DNA of 64,000 nt from sequence record PP712906.1. One strand, written 5' to 3'. Of this stretch, positions 8,161-18,998 are shown in pieces. A program made the translations under genes and the position numbers. How positions within the stretch are numbered: position 1 is the stretch's first letter; the number at the start of each line of letters is the position of its first letter. The notes under the pieces were generated by a model that searched no databases, was not told the origin of the DNA, and was given only the letters and a program-made list of their open reading frames with translations.

Positions 8161-9513
8161 GTGAAAGGGTATTTCTATCACAGATCGATACGAAAATACG
8201 TTCTCTTGATGGGAAACTTGTTCTCTAACATATACGTGTCTCGCGGAGACGGGTATAGAAAGGTGCCAATTACAGTTTCATCAAAGGAGCACTTTGTTGC
8301 ATCTTTGAACAGTCAAGAGCTTAACGGCGACGGTAGCGTGGCAAATGTAGCTACGCTGCTACCAAGAATTGGCTTGGACATGGTTTCGTGTACGTATGAC
8401 GCTACGCGAAAGACAAACATTGCAAATCGTAAGCTGACACGTGACTTTACGGGAGACCGACCTAAGTCGAACAAGTTGTTTAACCCTGTCCCTTACGACT
8501 TCGAATTTGAAGTGAGCGTTTATACGCGACATCAGGATGATGCATTTCAGATTATAGAACAAATACTACCATACTTTCAACCTCAGTTCAATACAATGAT
8601 CAAAGAGCTTGATGAAAATGAAGTTGTGGTAGACCAGCGTGATATTCCGATCATCTTAGAATCGGCTGTTCCTGAGACAACGTTCGAGGGTGCGGCTGGT
8701 GATATGAGACACATCGAATGGACGCTTAACTTGCGAATGAAAGGTTGGCTATATCCGCCTACAAACGCACAGTTTGGTGAAATCAGAACGATTTACCTAA
8801 ACTTTCAAGATGAAGAACAAACGATCATTCACGCAGAGCGCGAAGCGGTTACAAGCTCTTACGACATTCTTTGGAAAGTTCGCTCAGAGGTTGAAGCACT
8901 TAATACGTTCGGATGGCGTCATAGCGTTGATAGTCTATACGGTCTTGTATGGAACACACGTGGTGATATTGTCAGCGATCTTGAAATTGACTGGAATCGT
9001 CGATTCAGCATCACAGATGCATTGCAAATTGATTGGTCAACACGTTCAAGCGCGAGTTCTGAGCTATTGGTTGATTGGAATATTCGTGATGTCGTCGGTC
9101 GAGACTACGATGTTGACTGGTACAACCGTCAGATCATTGAAAGCACATACGAATCGCCTTGGGGCGTATCACCAATTGCTTCTAATGAACTGGCAATCGA
9201 CTGGGATACACGTGAGTTTGTTGAACTCAACACCGACATTCAGTGGTCAGAGGGTGCAATTGCTGAAAGTAGCTTAGATGTTGATTGGAATCGTTCTCAA
9301 TATGTTGAAGCAGTGTCAGACATAGATTGGTCGACTCGCGCAGTCGTAACATCGGTCAATGACATAGATTGGTCAACACGTTCTGAACTATCGGCATCTA
9401 CTGATATTAACTACAACATGTCTTCACAAGTAACAAGCAGCTACGTAATGTACTACCTACCGGGTGAACTTGCTTGGAACTTCACTGACGTGACGTACAA
9501 CATTGAAAACTAA
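8161..9513 (+). CDS. 15: Tail terminator / sheath stabiliser gp15 with a C-terminal repeat extension of about 220 aa
   Basis: YFYHRSIRKYVLLMGNLFSNI...VPITVSSKEHF...LLPRIG...QILPYFQPQF...GWLYPP. The gp15 similarity ends near residue 230 and Trp repeats follow. Confidence 0.9.
   Translation: MKGYFYHRSIRKYVLLMGNLFSNIYVSRGDGYRKVPITVSSKEHFVASLNSQELNGDGSVANVATLLPRIGLDMVSCTYDATRKTNIANRKLTRDFTGDRPKSNKLFNPVPYDFEFEVSVYTRHQDDAFQIIEQILPYFQPQFNTMIKELDENEVVVDQRDIPIILESAVPETTFEGAAGDMRHIEWTLNLRMKGWLYPPTNAQFGEIRTIYLNFQDEEQTIIHAEREAVTSSYDILWKVRSEVEALNTFGWRHSVDSLYGLVWNTRGDIVSDLEIDWNRRFSITDALQIDWSTRSSASSELLVDWNIRDVVGRDYDVDWYNRQIIESTYESPWGVSPIASNELAIDWDTREFVELNTDIQWSEGAIAESSLDVDWNRSQYVEAVSDIDWSTRAVVTSVNDIDWSTRSELSASTDINYNMSSQVTSSYVMYYLPGELAWNFTDVTYNIEN
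8851..9450 (+). repeat. Protein-level 14-aa tandem repeat (consensus xxL/xD-I/V-D-W-x-x-R) in the gp15 tail
   Basis: LEIDWNRR, LQIDWSTR, LLVDWNIR, YDVDWYNR, LAIDWDTR, TDIQWSEG, LDVDWNRS, SDIDWSTR, NDIDWSTR. Trp recurs every 14 residues. Confidence 0.9.
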
Positions 9514-9525
9514 TACGTATGGTCT

Positions 9526-9533
9526 TCTAAATA
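9526..9533 (+). promoter_or_regulatory. Late promoter variant TCTAAATA
   Basis: One mismatch to TATAAATA, intergenic, 35 nt before the 9568 ORF. The same variant recurs before several other late genes. Confidence 0.65.
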
Positions 9534-9567
9534 TGAAGACCATCCTTATCTTTTTGGAGAGCTAACA

Positions 9568-10116
9568 ATGCCTATCGTAACAGGTGATTTGAAATTTAAG
9601 AAAAGTCTGCACGTAGTTGCAGCGGGACCGGGTAACGGCAATACGCATGATCTAGAAATTGATTCACTTGGTGGCGGTATTAGTGCTACTGAATTAGTGT
9701 CTGGTGAATTGCACGGTCTTTTTGATGCTGTGCCGTCAGCGGAAGCAGCATCAGGACGTGTTGAGTATCGTTTGATTTACGTACAGAACACACACGCTAC
9801 ATTGACACTGTATGATGCGAAAGTATTCATCTTTGCAAATACAGCATCGCCAGATTCAACAATCGAAATCGGTCTGGACCCTGTAGCAGGCAATGGCGTT
9901 GACTCGCTGATCTTGCTAGATGATGAAGTTGACTCAGGTAATGAATTGTCTGCGGTAGTATTCGGTGAACATTCTGATTTCGCATCAGGTCTAGACATCG
10001 GTAATCTACAAGCAGGTGAACAACGCGCCGTTTGGGTTCGTCGTACAATCAGTCCGGGTGCAGCGGCAGCGGCAGAAACTGCAACAATATCATTGCGCGG
10101 TGACACTGACGCTTAA
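9568..10116 (+). CDS. Hypothetical, probably structural, beta-rich protein (182 aa) inserted between 15 and 16
   Basis: GGAG ribosome-binding site and late promoter. The motif SLGG...LFDAV..AEA.SG.VEYR..YV.N recalls a family of phage tail-associated hypothetical proteins. Confidence 0.75.
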   Translation: MPIVTGDLKFKKSLHVVAAGPGNGNTHDLEIDSLGGGISATELVSGELHGLFDAVPSAEAASGRVEYRLIYVQNTHATLTLYDAKVFIFANTASPDSTIEIGLDPVAGNGVDSLILLDDEVDSGNELSAVVFGEHSDFASGLDIGNLQAGEQRAVWVRRTISPGAAAAAETATISLRGDTDA

Positions 10117-10227
10117 ATGCTTATTTTAACGCTGTGTGCAGCTCGTACGCAGCGTTTGTCTATTTTATTGAGTGTTTGTACTCATATTATTGAAAAGACG
10201 CTCACAGAGCGTTTTAGAGAGGAACGT

Positions 10228-12538
<2,311 letters not shown>

Positions 12539-12539
12539 T

Positions 12540-12547
12540 TATAAATA
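12540..12547 (+). promoter_or_regulatory. Late promoter for gene 18
   Basis: Exact TATAAATA. Confidence 0.9.
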
Positions 12548-12584
12548 TTGAATGAACAAACAACTTAATGGTAAGGAAAAATAA

Positions 12585-14600
12585 ATGACTCTTTTATCTC
12601 CGGGCATCGAAAATAAAGAGATTAACCTTGCAAGTGCTATCGGTCGTGCGGCTACAGGTCGTGCGGCTATGGTGGGGAAATTTGAGTGGGGTCCAGCTTA
12701 CAGCATCACTCAGGTAACTTCAGAGTCTGACTTGGTTACTATTTTCGGTCGTCCAAACGACTATACCGCAGCTTCATTCATGACTGCAAACAACTTCTTG
12801 AAGTATGGTAACGATCTGCGTTTGGTTCGTATCTGTGATGCAACAACTGCACAGAACGCGACTCCACTGTACAACGCAGTTGAATACACCATCGGTGCTT
12901 CAAACGGTTGTGTTGTGGGTGATGACATTACAATCACTTACTCGGGCGTTGGTGCGCTAACTGCAAAGGGTAAAGTTCTAGAAGTTGACGCTGGTAACAA
13001 CAACGCTGCATCGAAGATTTTCTTGCCTTCTGCTGAAATCGTCGCTGCTGCGAAAGCTGACGGGAACTACCCGGGTGTGGGTACTATCACACTTCAGCCA
13101 ACTCAAGGTGACATTGCACTAACAAACATTGAAATCATCGACACGGGTTCAGTTTACTTCCCTAACATCGAGCTTGCTTTTGATGCGTTGACAGCAATCG
13201 AAACTGAAGGCGGTGCGCTGAAATACGCTGATCTAATCGAGAAGCAAGGTTTCCCACGTCTTTCTGCACGCTATGTAGGCGACTTTGGTGATGCAATCTC
13301 AGTAGAGATCATCAACTACGCTGATTATCAGACTGCATTTGCATTCGCAGCGGGTCACACACTAGGCGACATCGAACTTCCAATCTACCCAGATGGTGGT
13401 ACACGTTCGATCAACCTATCGAGCTACTTCACATTCGGTCCGTCGAACAGCAATCAATACGCTGTAATCGTTCGTGTATCTGGTGAAGTTGAAGAAGCGT
13501 TCATCGTTTCGACTAACCCAGGCGACAAAGACGTAAACGGTCAATCAATCTTCATTGATGAGTACTTTGAAAACAGTGGGTCGGCTTACATCACTGCTAT
13601 CGCAGAGGGATGGAAAACTGAATCTGGTGCGTACAACTTCGGTGGTGGCTCAGATGCTAACGCAGGTGCTGACGATTGGATGTTCGGTCTAGACATGCTA
13701 TCTGACCCAGAAGTGCTTTACACTAACCTAGTTATTGCGGGTAACGCGGCGGCTGAAGAAGTTTCAATTGCTTCAACTGTTCAGAAATACGCGATTGACT
13801 CAGTTGGTAACGTTCGTCAAGACTGTGTGGTATTCGTATCTCCGCCTCAGTCACTGATTGTTAACAAGCAAGCAGGTACTGCGGTAGCGAATATTCAAGG
13901 CTGGCGTACGGGCATCGACCCTACGAATGGTCAAGCAGTAGTTGACAATCTAAACGTAAGCACAACTTACGCAGTGATTGACGGCAACTATAAGTATCAA
14001 TACGACAAGTACAACGACCGCAATCGCTGGGTTCCACTAGCAGGTGATATTGCTGGTCTATGTGCGTACACTGATCAAGTATCACAACCTTGGATGTCGC
14101 CAGCGGGCTTCAACCGTGGTCAGATCAAGGGCGTAAACCGTCTAGCAGTAGACTTGCGTCGTGCGCATCGTGATGCACTGTATCAAATCGGTATCAACCC
14201 TGTAGTCGGCTTTGCTGGTCAAGGTTTCGTACTGTACGGTGATAAGACTGCTACACAGCAAGCAAGTGCATTTGACCGCATCAACGTGCGTCGCCTGTTC
14301 AACTTGCTGAAGAAAGCAATCTCAGACGCTGCTAAGTACCGCCTATTTGAATTGAACGATGAGTTCACACGCTCAAGCTTCAAGTCAGAGATCGACGCTT
14401 ACTTGACTAACATTCAAGATCTAGGTGGCGTATACGACTTCCGCGTTGTGTGTGATGAGACTAACAACCCTGGCTCTGTCATCGACAGAAACGAGTTTGT
14501 GGCAAGTATCTACGTGAAACCTGCTAAGTCAATCAACTTCATTACGCTGAACTTCGTAGCAACGTCAACTGACGCTGACTTCGCAGAAATCATCGGTTAA
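12585..14600 (+). CDS. 18: Tail sheath protein gp18
   Basis: MTLLSPGIENKE...GKFEWGPA...SPAGFNRGQI...FDRINVRRLF...KPAKSINFITLNFVA. Confidence 0.98.
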   Translation: MTLLSPGIENKEINLASAIGRAATGRAAMVGKFEWGPAYSITQVTSESDLVTIFGRPNDYTAASFMTANNFLKYGNDLRLVRICDATTAQNATPLYNAVEYTIGASNGCVVGDDITITYSGVGALTAKGKVLEVDAGNNNAASKIFLPSAEIVAAAKADGNYPGVGTITLQPTQGDIALTNIEIIDTGSVYFPNIELAFDALTAIETEGGALKYADLIEKQGFPRLSARYVGDFGDAISVEIINYADYQTAFAFAAGHTLGDIELPIYPDGGTRSINLSSYFTFGPSNSNQYAVIVRVSGEVEEAFIVSTNPGDKDVNGQSIFIDEYFENSGSAYITAIAEGWKTESGAYNFGGGSDANAGADDWMFGLDMLSDPEVLYTNLVIAGNAAAEEVSIASTVQKYAIDSVGNVRQDCVVFVSPPQSLIVNKQAGTAVANIQGWRTGIDPTNGQAVVDNLNVSTTYAVIDGNYKYQYDKYNDRNRWVPLAGDIAGLCAYTDQVSQPWMSPAGFNRGQIKGVNRLAVDLRRAHRDALYQIGINPVVGFAGQGFVLYGDKTATQQASAFDRINVRRLFNLLKKAISDAAKYRLFELNDEFTRSSFKSEIDAYLTNIQDLGGVYDFRVVCDETNNPGSVIDRNEFVASIYVKPAKSINFITLNFVATSTDADFAEIIG

Positions 14601-14610
14601 GAGCAATCAC

Positions 14611-14636
14611 GAGGGGCTTTTTAGCCCCTCTAAATA
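14611..14636 (+). promoter_or_regulatory. GC-rich hairpin abutting a late promoter (TCTAAATA 14629-14636) for gene 19
   Basis: GAGGGGCT-TTTT-AGCCCCTC, then TAAATA. No U-tract follows. Confidence 0.65.
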
Positions 14637-14650
14637 AAAGGTAAGAGAAA

Positions 14651-15151
14651 ATGGCACTTAATGTAGACAACATTAAAAGAGCTTTCAGCAACGGTGATTT
14701 CGCTCGTCCTAACTTGTTCGAAGTTGAGATTCCGTATCTGGGACAGAACTTTAAATTTCAATGTCGCGCCTCTTCAATGCCGCCGGGCAGTGTTGAGAAA
14801 GTGGAAGTTTCATATCAAAACCGTAAGTACAACATTGCGGGCGACCGTACGTTCGACGATTGGAACGTTACTGTGTACAACGATGAAACTCACGACATTC
14901 GCAAAGCAATTATGGCATGGCAAGCTCGTGCTGTAGGCTTAGGCAAAGACATTTCAGGTGAAACGCCTGATCAGTACAAACGTACTGGTACAATCACACA
15001 GTTAGACCGTAACGGTGATCCGACTACTTCGGCAACTGTATACGGAATTTTCCCGACTGTGGTGGGTGAAGTTGCGCTTGACTGGGATTCAAACAACGAA
15101 ATCGAAACGTTTGAAGTAACATTCAGCCTTGATTACTTCACATTAGATTAA
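14651..15151 (+). CDS. 19: Tail tube protein gp19
   Basis: GDFARPNLFEVEIP...AGDRTFDDWNVTVYND...LDWDSNNEIETFEVTF. Confidence 0.97.
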   Translation: MALNVDNIKRAFSNGDFARPNLFEVEIPYLGQNFKFQCRASSMPPGSVEKVEVSYQNRKYNIAGDRTFDDWNVTVYNDETHDIRKAIMAWQARAVGLGKDISGETPDQYKRTGTITQLDRNGDPTTSATVYGIFPTVVGEVALDWDSNNEIETFEVTFSLDYFTLD

Positions 15152-15158
15152 GAACAAT

Positions 15159-15180
15159 AGGGGCGTTCAGCCCCTTTATT
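15159..15180 (+). terminator. Probable terminator after gene 19
   Basis: AGGGGC-GTTCA-GCCCCT-TTATT. Confidence 0.6.
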
Positions 15181-15190
15181 GAGGTAAAAT

Positions 15191-16738
15191 ATGTTAGAGT
15201 TTATGAAATTCTGGACAAAAGAAGAAGAGCAGGACATTCAAAAAATCGAGAAAAACCCTGTCCGTTCGTTTTCTGCGCCAGATAACGTAGATGGTGCTAA
15301 AGAGATTCATACTAACTTATTAGCACCTCAACTTGGTCATGCAATTATCCCGTCGGATGCTCAATCTGAAGGGACGATTCCAGTTAAGGAACTAATCAAG
15401 AGCTATCGTGCTCTAGCAGAATATCACGAAGTCGATGATGCGATTCAAGAAATCGTCGATGAAGCAATCGTTTATGAAAACGATAAAGAAGTTGTGTGGT
15501 TGAACTTAGACAACACCGACTTTTCAGAAAATATCAAAGCTAAGATCAATGAAGAATTCGACCGCGTTGTAAGCTTGCTTCAAATGCGTAAACATGGTTA
15601 CAAGTGGTTTAGAAAGTGGTATGTTGACTCTCGAATCTATTTCCACAAAATCTTAGACAAAGATAACAACATTATCGAATTGCGCCCGCTAAACCCGATG
15701 AAAATGGAGCTAATGCGCGAGATTCAGAAAGAAACTATTGATGGCGTAGAAGTTGTAAAAGGAACGCTTGAGTATTACGTTTACAAGCAGTCTGACTACA
15801 AAATGCCGTCATGGATGAGCGCAACAAACCGTGCTCAGACATCATTCAGAATTCCAAAAGATGCAATTGTTTTCGCTCACAGCGGATTAATGCGCGGTTG
15901 TGCCGATGACCCGTACATTATCGGTTATCTTGATCGTGCTATCAAGCCTGCAAACCAGTTGAAAATGCTAGAAGATGCGTTGGTAATCTATCGTCTAGCA
16001 CGTGCGCCCGAGCGTCGCGTATTCTATGTTGACGTTGGTAACTTGCCGACTCAGAAAGCACAGCAATACGTAAATGGTATCATGCAAAACGTTAAAAATC
16101 GCGTTGTGTACGACACACAGACTGGTCAAGTTAAAAATACGACTAATGCAATGTCGATGCTTGAAGACTACTACCTACCACGCCGAGAAGGTTCGAAGGG
16201 TACTGAGGTAAGCACACTACCTGGCGGTCAGTCGCTTGGAGACATCGAAGACGTATTGTACTTCAACCGTAAGTTGTATAAAGCAATGCGAATTCCGACA
16301 TCACGTGCAGCGTCTGAAGATCAGACGGGCGGTATTAACTTCGGTCAGGGTGCAGAAATCACACGTGACGAATTGAAGTTTACTAAATTCGTGAAGCGTT
16401 TGCAAACAAAATTCGAAACTGTAATTACCGATCCGCTTAAACATCAGTTGATTGTAAATAATATCATAACTGAAGAAGAGTGGGATGCTAATCATGAAAA
16501 ACTTTACGTTGTATTCAACCAAGACTCATATTTTGAAGAGGCTAAGGAATTAGAGATTCTAAATAGTCGTATGAACGCAATGCGTGACATTCAAGATTAT
16601 GCTGGGAAATATTACAGTCATAAATACATTCAGAAAAACATTTTACGTTTGTCTGACGATCAGATCACTGCAATGCAGAGCGAAATTGATGAAGAAGAGA
16701 CAAACCCACGATTCCAACAAGACGATCAAGGATTTTAG
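15191..16738 (+). CDS. 20: Portal protein gp20
   Basis: EVDDAIQEIVDEAIV...FRKWYVDSRIYF...NQLKMLEDALVIYRLARAPERRVFYVDVGNLP...EDYYLPRREG. Confidence 0.98.
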   Translation: MLEFMKFWTKEEEQDIQKIEKNPVRSFSAPDNVDGAKEIHTNLLAPQLGHAIIPSDAQSEGTIPVKELIKSYRALAEYHEVDDAIQEIVDEAIVYENDKEVVWLNLDNTDFSENIKAKINEEFDRVVSLLQMRKHGYKWFRKWYVDSRIYFHKILDKDNNIIELRPLNPMKMELMREIQKETIDGVEVVKGTLEYYVYKQSDYKMPSWMSATNRAQTSFRIPKDAIVFAHSGLMRGCADDPYIIGYLDRAIKPANQLKMLEDALVIYRLARAPERRVFYVDVGNLPTQKAQQYVNGIMQNVKNRVVYDTQTGQVKNTTNAMSMLEDYYLPRREGSKGTEVSTLPGGQSLGDIEDVLYFNRKLYKAMRIPTSRAASEDQTGGINFGQGAEITRDELKFTKFVKRLQTKFETVITDPLKHQLIVNNIITEEEWDANHEKLYVVFNQDSYFEEAKELEILNSRMNAMRDIQDYAGKYYSHKYIQKNILRLSDDQITAMQSEIDEEETNPRFQQDDQGF

Positions 16739-16750
16739 AGGTAGCAGATT

Positions 16751-16918
16751 ATGAGCTTAGAAACAATGGTAGCAGCGGCACGCGACGGTAAACTAGCAGA
16801 TTTTGAAGCGCAATTCCGCCAAGAAATCGGGCAACGTGTAGCGGCTCGCATTGACGACATGAAGCAAGAGCTTGGTCGCTCAATCAAAGTAGACGGTGAA
16901 ATCAATCAGGAGGACTAA
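16751..16918 (+). CDS. 67: Prohead core protein gp67 (55 aa, absent from the ORF track)
   Basis: Translated by hand: MSLETMVAAARDGKLADFEAQFRQEIGQRVAARIDDMKQELGRSIKVDGEINQED*. Position between 20 and 68, with TAATG coupling to 68. Confidence 0.8.
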   Translation: MSLETMVAAARDGKLADFEAQFRQEIGQRVAARIDDMKQELGRSIKVDGEINQED

Positions 16919-17409
16919 TGAAGTTCATTTCCGAAGCCGTACAAGAGAAAATGGTTGAAGACTTGGTTGAAGCAGTACTTGGCGGTCATCTTGATCGTCA
17001 AGATATTAGCGACACAATCAAGGCGTTCGCCGAAGCTGAAGACATCGGCGTACACAGCAATAAAGACATCACAGATGAAGTCAATGTTGTTCTTGACGTG
17101 CTGAGTTCTCTTGAAAACGGATTAACATTTGAAGAAGCATGTGCAGAGTTCAATCTGTCTGAAAAACTGGTTAAGCAAGTATCGGTAGCTAATCAGAAAG
17201 CGGGCGGGCCTCTGATCTCTAAGCGCATCGACCGAAAAACTGCCTCACGAAAAGCGACGCAGACAACTGGTCTAAGTAAATCGAAGAGACAAAAAACGGC
17301 TCGCAAAGCAGCTAAAACGCGCAGACGCCAAAAGGGCACAAGTGCAGAGCGAAAAGCTAATAAGTTGCGTAAAAAGTCGCTGAAGAAGCGTAAGCAAATG
17401 GGGCTTTAA
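16918..17409 (+). CDS. 68: Prohead core protein gp68
   Basis: Acidic N-half and very basic C-half (RKATQTTGLSKSKRQKTARKAAKTRR). Synteny 67-68-21. Confidence 0.85.
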   Translation: MKFISEAVQEKMVEDLVEAVLGGHLDRQDISDTIKAFAEAEDIGVHSNKDITDEVNVVLDVLSSLENGLTFEEACAEFNLSEKLVKQVSVANQKAGGPLISKRIDRKTASRKATQTTGLSKSKRQKTARKAAKTRRRQKGTSAERKANKLRKKSLKKRKQMGL

Positions 17410-17411
17410 TT

Positions 17412-18053
17412 ATGGAATTACAACTCTTAATTGAAGACTGGGGCGTATCGAGCTATGCAACTGCTGAGACTGGCGAAAAGCCGCTTGTTGAAGCGAAAAT
17501 GCCCGCTGAAAAAGGCGGCGACTTGTACATTGAGGGTATTTTCATGCAATCGAATGTCGTGAACCGTAATGGTCGCAGATATCCGAAAAAAGTCATGGAA
17601 AATGCCGTATCTAAATACATTCAAGAGCAAGTCAAGACGAATCAAGCGTTGGGCGAGCTTAATCACCCTAGCCGTTCGAACGTCGATCCTGCTGAAGCTG
17701 CAATTCGTATCACTGAGTTGTGGTGGGATGGCGATAACGTAATGGGAAAAGCAATCGTACTAAATACTCCGAAGGGACAAATCGTACGCGGTCTAATCGA
17801 AGGCGGTTGGGTTCCGGGCGTAAGTTCACGAGGTCTTGGTTCAGTTAAGCAAGTTGACGGGATCAACGAAGTACAAGACTTTCGTCTTACAGTTGGTGTA
17901 GATGTAGTGTGGGGTCCGAGTGCGCCTGCTGCATACGTTAAGCCAGTAACTGAGTCAAATGAAGCTGCTAAATCAGTAAAAACAGAAGAAATTACAGAAA
18001 GTAATGACGCTGAGTTTGCGAAACTAGCGGAAACGTTAAAAACTCTCTTATAA
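17412..18053 (+). CDS. 21: Prohead protease gp21
   Basis: YIEGIFMQSNVVNRNGRRYP...ALGELNHP...GWVPGVSSRGLGS...DVVWGPSAP. Confidence 0.97.
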   Translation: MELQLLIEDWGVSSYATAETGEKPLVEAKMPAEKGGDLYIEGIFMQSNVVNRNGRRYPKKVMENAVSKYIQEQVKTNQALGELNHPSRSNVDPAEAAIRITELWWDGDNVMGKAIVLNTPKGQIVRGLIEGGWVPGVSSRGLGSVKQVDGINEVQDFRLTVGVDVVWGPSAPAAYVKPVTESNEAAKSVKTEEITESNDAEFAKLAETLKTLL

Positions 18054-18056
18054 ATA
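18049..18056 (+). promoter_or_regulatory. Late promoter for gene 22
   Basis: Exact TATAAATA overlapping the gene 21 stop. Confidence 0.88.
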
Positions 18057-18085
18057 TATAAAACATATTTAAGGAATTGAAGAAG

Positions 18086-18928
18086 ATGCAAATCAAAGAG
18101 CAACTACTTGAAGCGGTATCAAAAGACGATACTAAAATCACTACTGCTTTGGATGGCATTTTTGAATCAGTTGAACTTTCCGAAGATGTTCGTAATAAGT
18201 TCAGCACTGTTTTCGAAAGTGTAATCAAGACTAAAGCCGTTGAGCTTGCTGAAGCACATATTGCTGAAGCTGCTGAAAAGGCTGAAGCAGTAATCAACGA
18301 ACACAAAGAAGAGCTAAATGAAGCTGCTGAAAAATACGGCGAACATCTAGCAGAGCAAATGGCGAACAAACTTGATTCATACCTAGATCACGTTGTTGAA
18401 GCTTGGATGGCTGAAAACAAACTAGCGGTTGAAAATGGTCTGAAAGTTTCTATGTTCGACGGCTTGATGGAAGGCATGAAAAATGTATTCATCGAGAACA
18501 ACGTTCACTGCCCAGACGAGAAGATCGACATGATCGAAGCTCTTGAAGAAAACATTCAAGATCTTGAAAGCCGTCTAGACGCAGTTATCGTCGAAAACCG
18601 CCAACACAAAGAATACGCTAACTACGTAGAGAAAAACATCATCATCGAGCGCGTGACTGCTGGTATGGCTGAATCTCAAAAAGAGAAAGTTGCTGACCTA
18701 GCCGAGTCAATCCGCTTCGACGAGAACTTTGAAGACAATCTAAATAGTGTTATCAAGTTCGCTTCTGGTATCAAGCTTGCTGAAAAAGAAGATATGGAAG
18801 ACGACAAGAAGCCGGCTGAGAAAAAAGACGGTGAAGACGACGCTGAGAAGAAAGACGACAAAGAAATGAAAGAATCCGCAGTACCATCTATGGCTGCATA
18901 CTTGAAAGCTGCTCGTACTACTCGATAA
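18086..18928 (+). CDS. 22: Prohead scaffold (core) protein gp22
   Basis: FSTVFESVIK...YLDHVVEAWMAENKLAVENGLK...F..NN. Helical and acidic. ATG 10 nt after AAGGA. Confidence 0.93.
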   Translation: MQIKEQLLEAVSKDDTKITTALDGIFESVELSEDVRNKFSTVFESVIKTKAVELAEAHIAEAAEKAEAVINEHKEELNEAAEKYGEHLAEQMANKLDSYLDHVVEAWMAENKLAVENGLKVSMFDGLMEGMKNVFIENNVHCPDEKIDMIEALEENIQDLESRLDAVIVENRQHKEYANYVEKNIIIERVTAGMAESQKEKVADLAESIRFDENFEDNLNSVIKFASGIKLAEKEDMEDDKKPAEKKDGEDDAEKKDDKEMKESAVPSMAAYLKAARTTR

Positions 18929-18952
18929 GCAATAAAACGTGATTTCACGTTA

Positions 18953-18960
18953 TATAAATA
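18953..18960 (+). promoter_or_regulatory. Late promoter for gene 23, preceded by the palindrome AACGTGA-TT-TCACGTT (18936-18951)
   Basis: Exact TATAAATA. Confidence 0.9.
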
Positions 18961-18998
18961 CTTTTGTAAATTTTAGAATTAATTAAGGAATCATTCAA

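Noticed and set aside
10117-10227. 37-codon N-terminal extension of gp16 in the track
   Set aside because: Covers the hairpin region, has no gp16 similarity, and a GAGG site precedes ATG 10228.
18780-18880. Low-complexity E/D/K repeat near the gp22 C-terminus, and poly-Lys tails in gp68 and the 52449 gene
   Set aside because: Typical of scaffold and core proteins. No exact DNA-level repeat structure.
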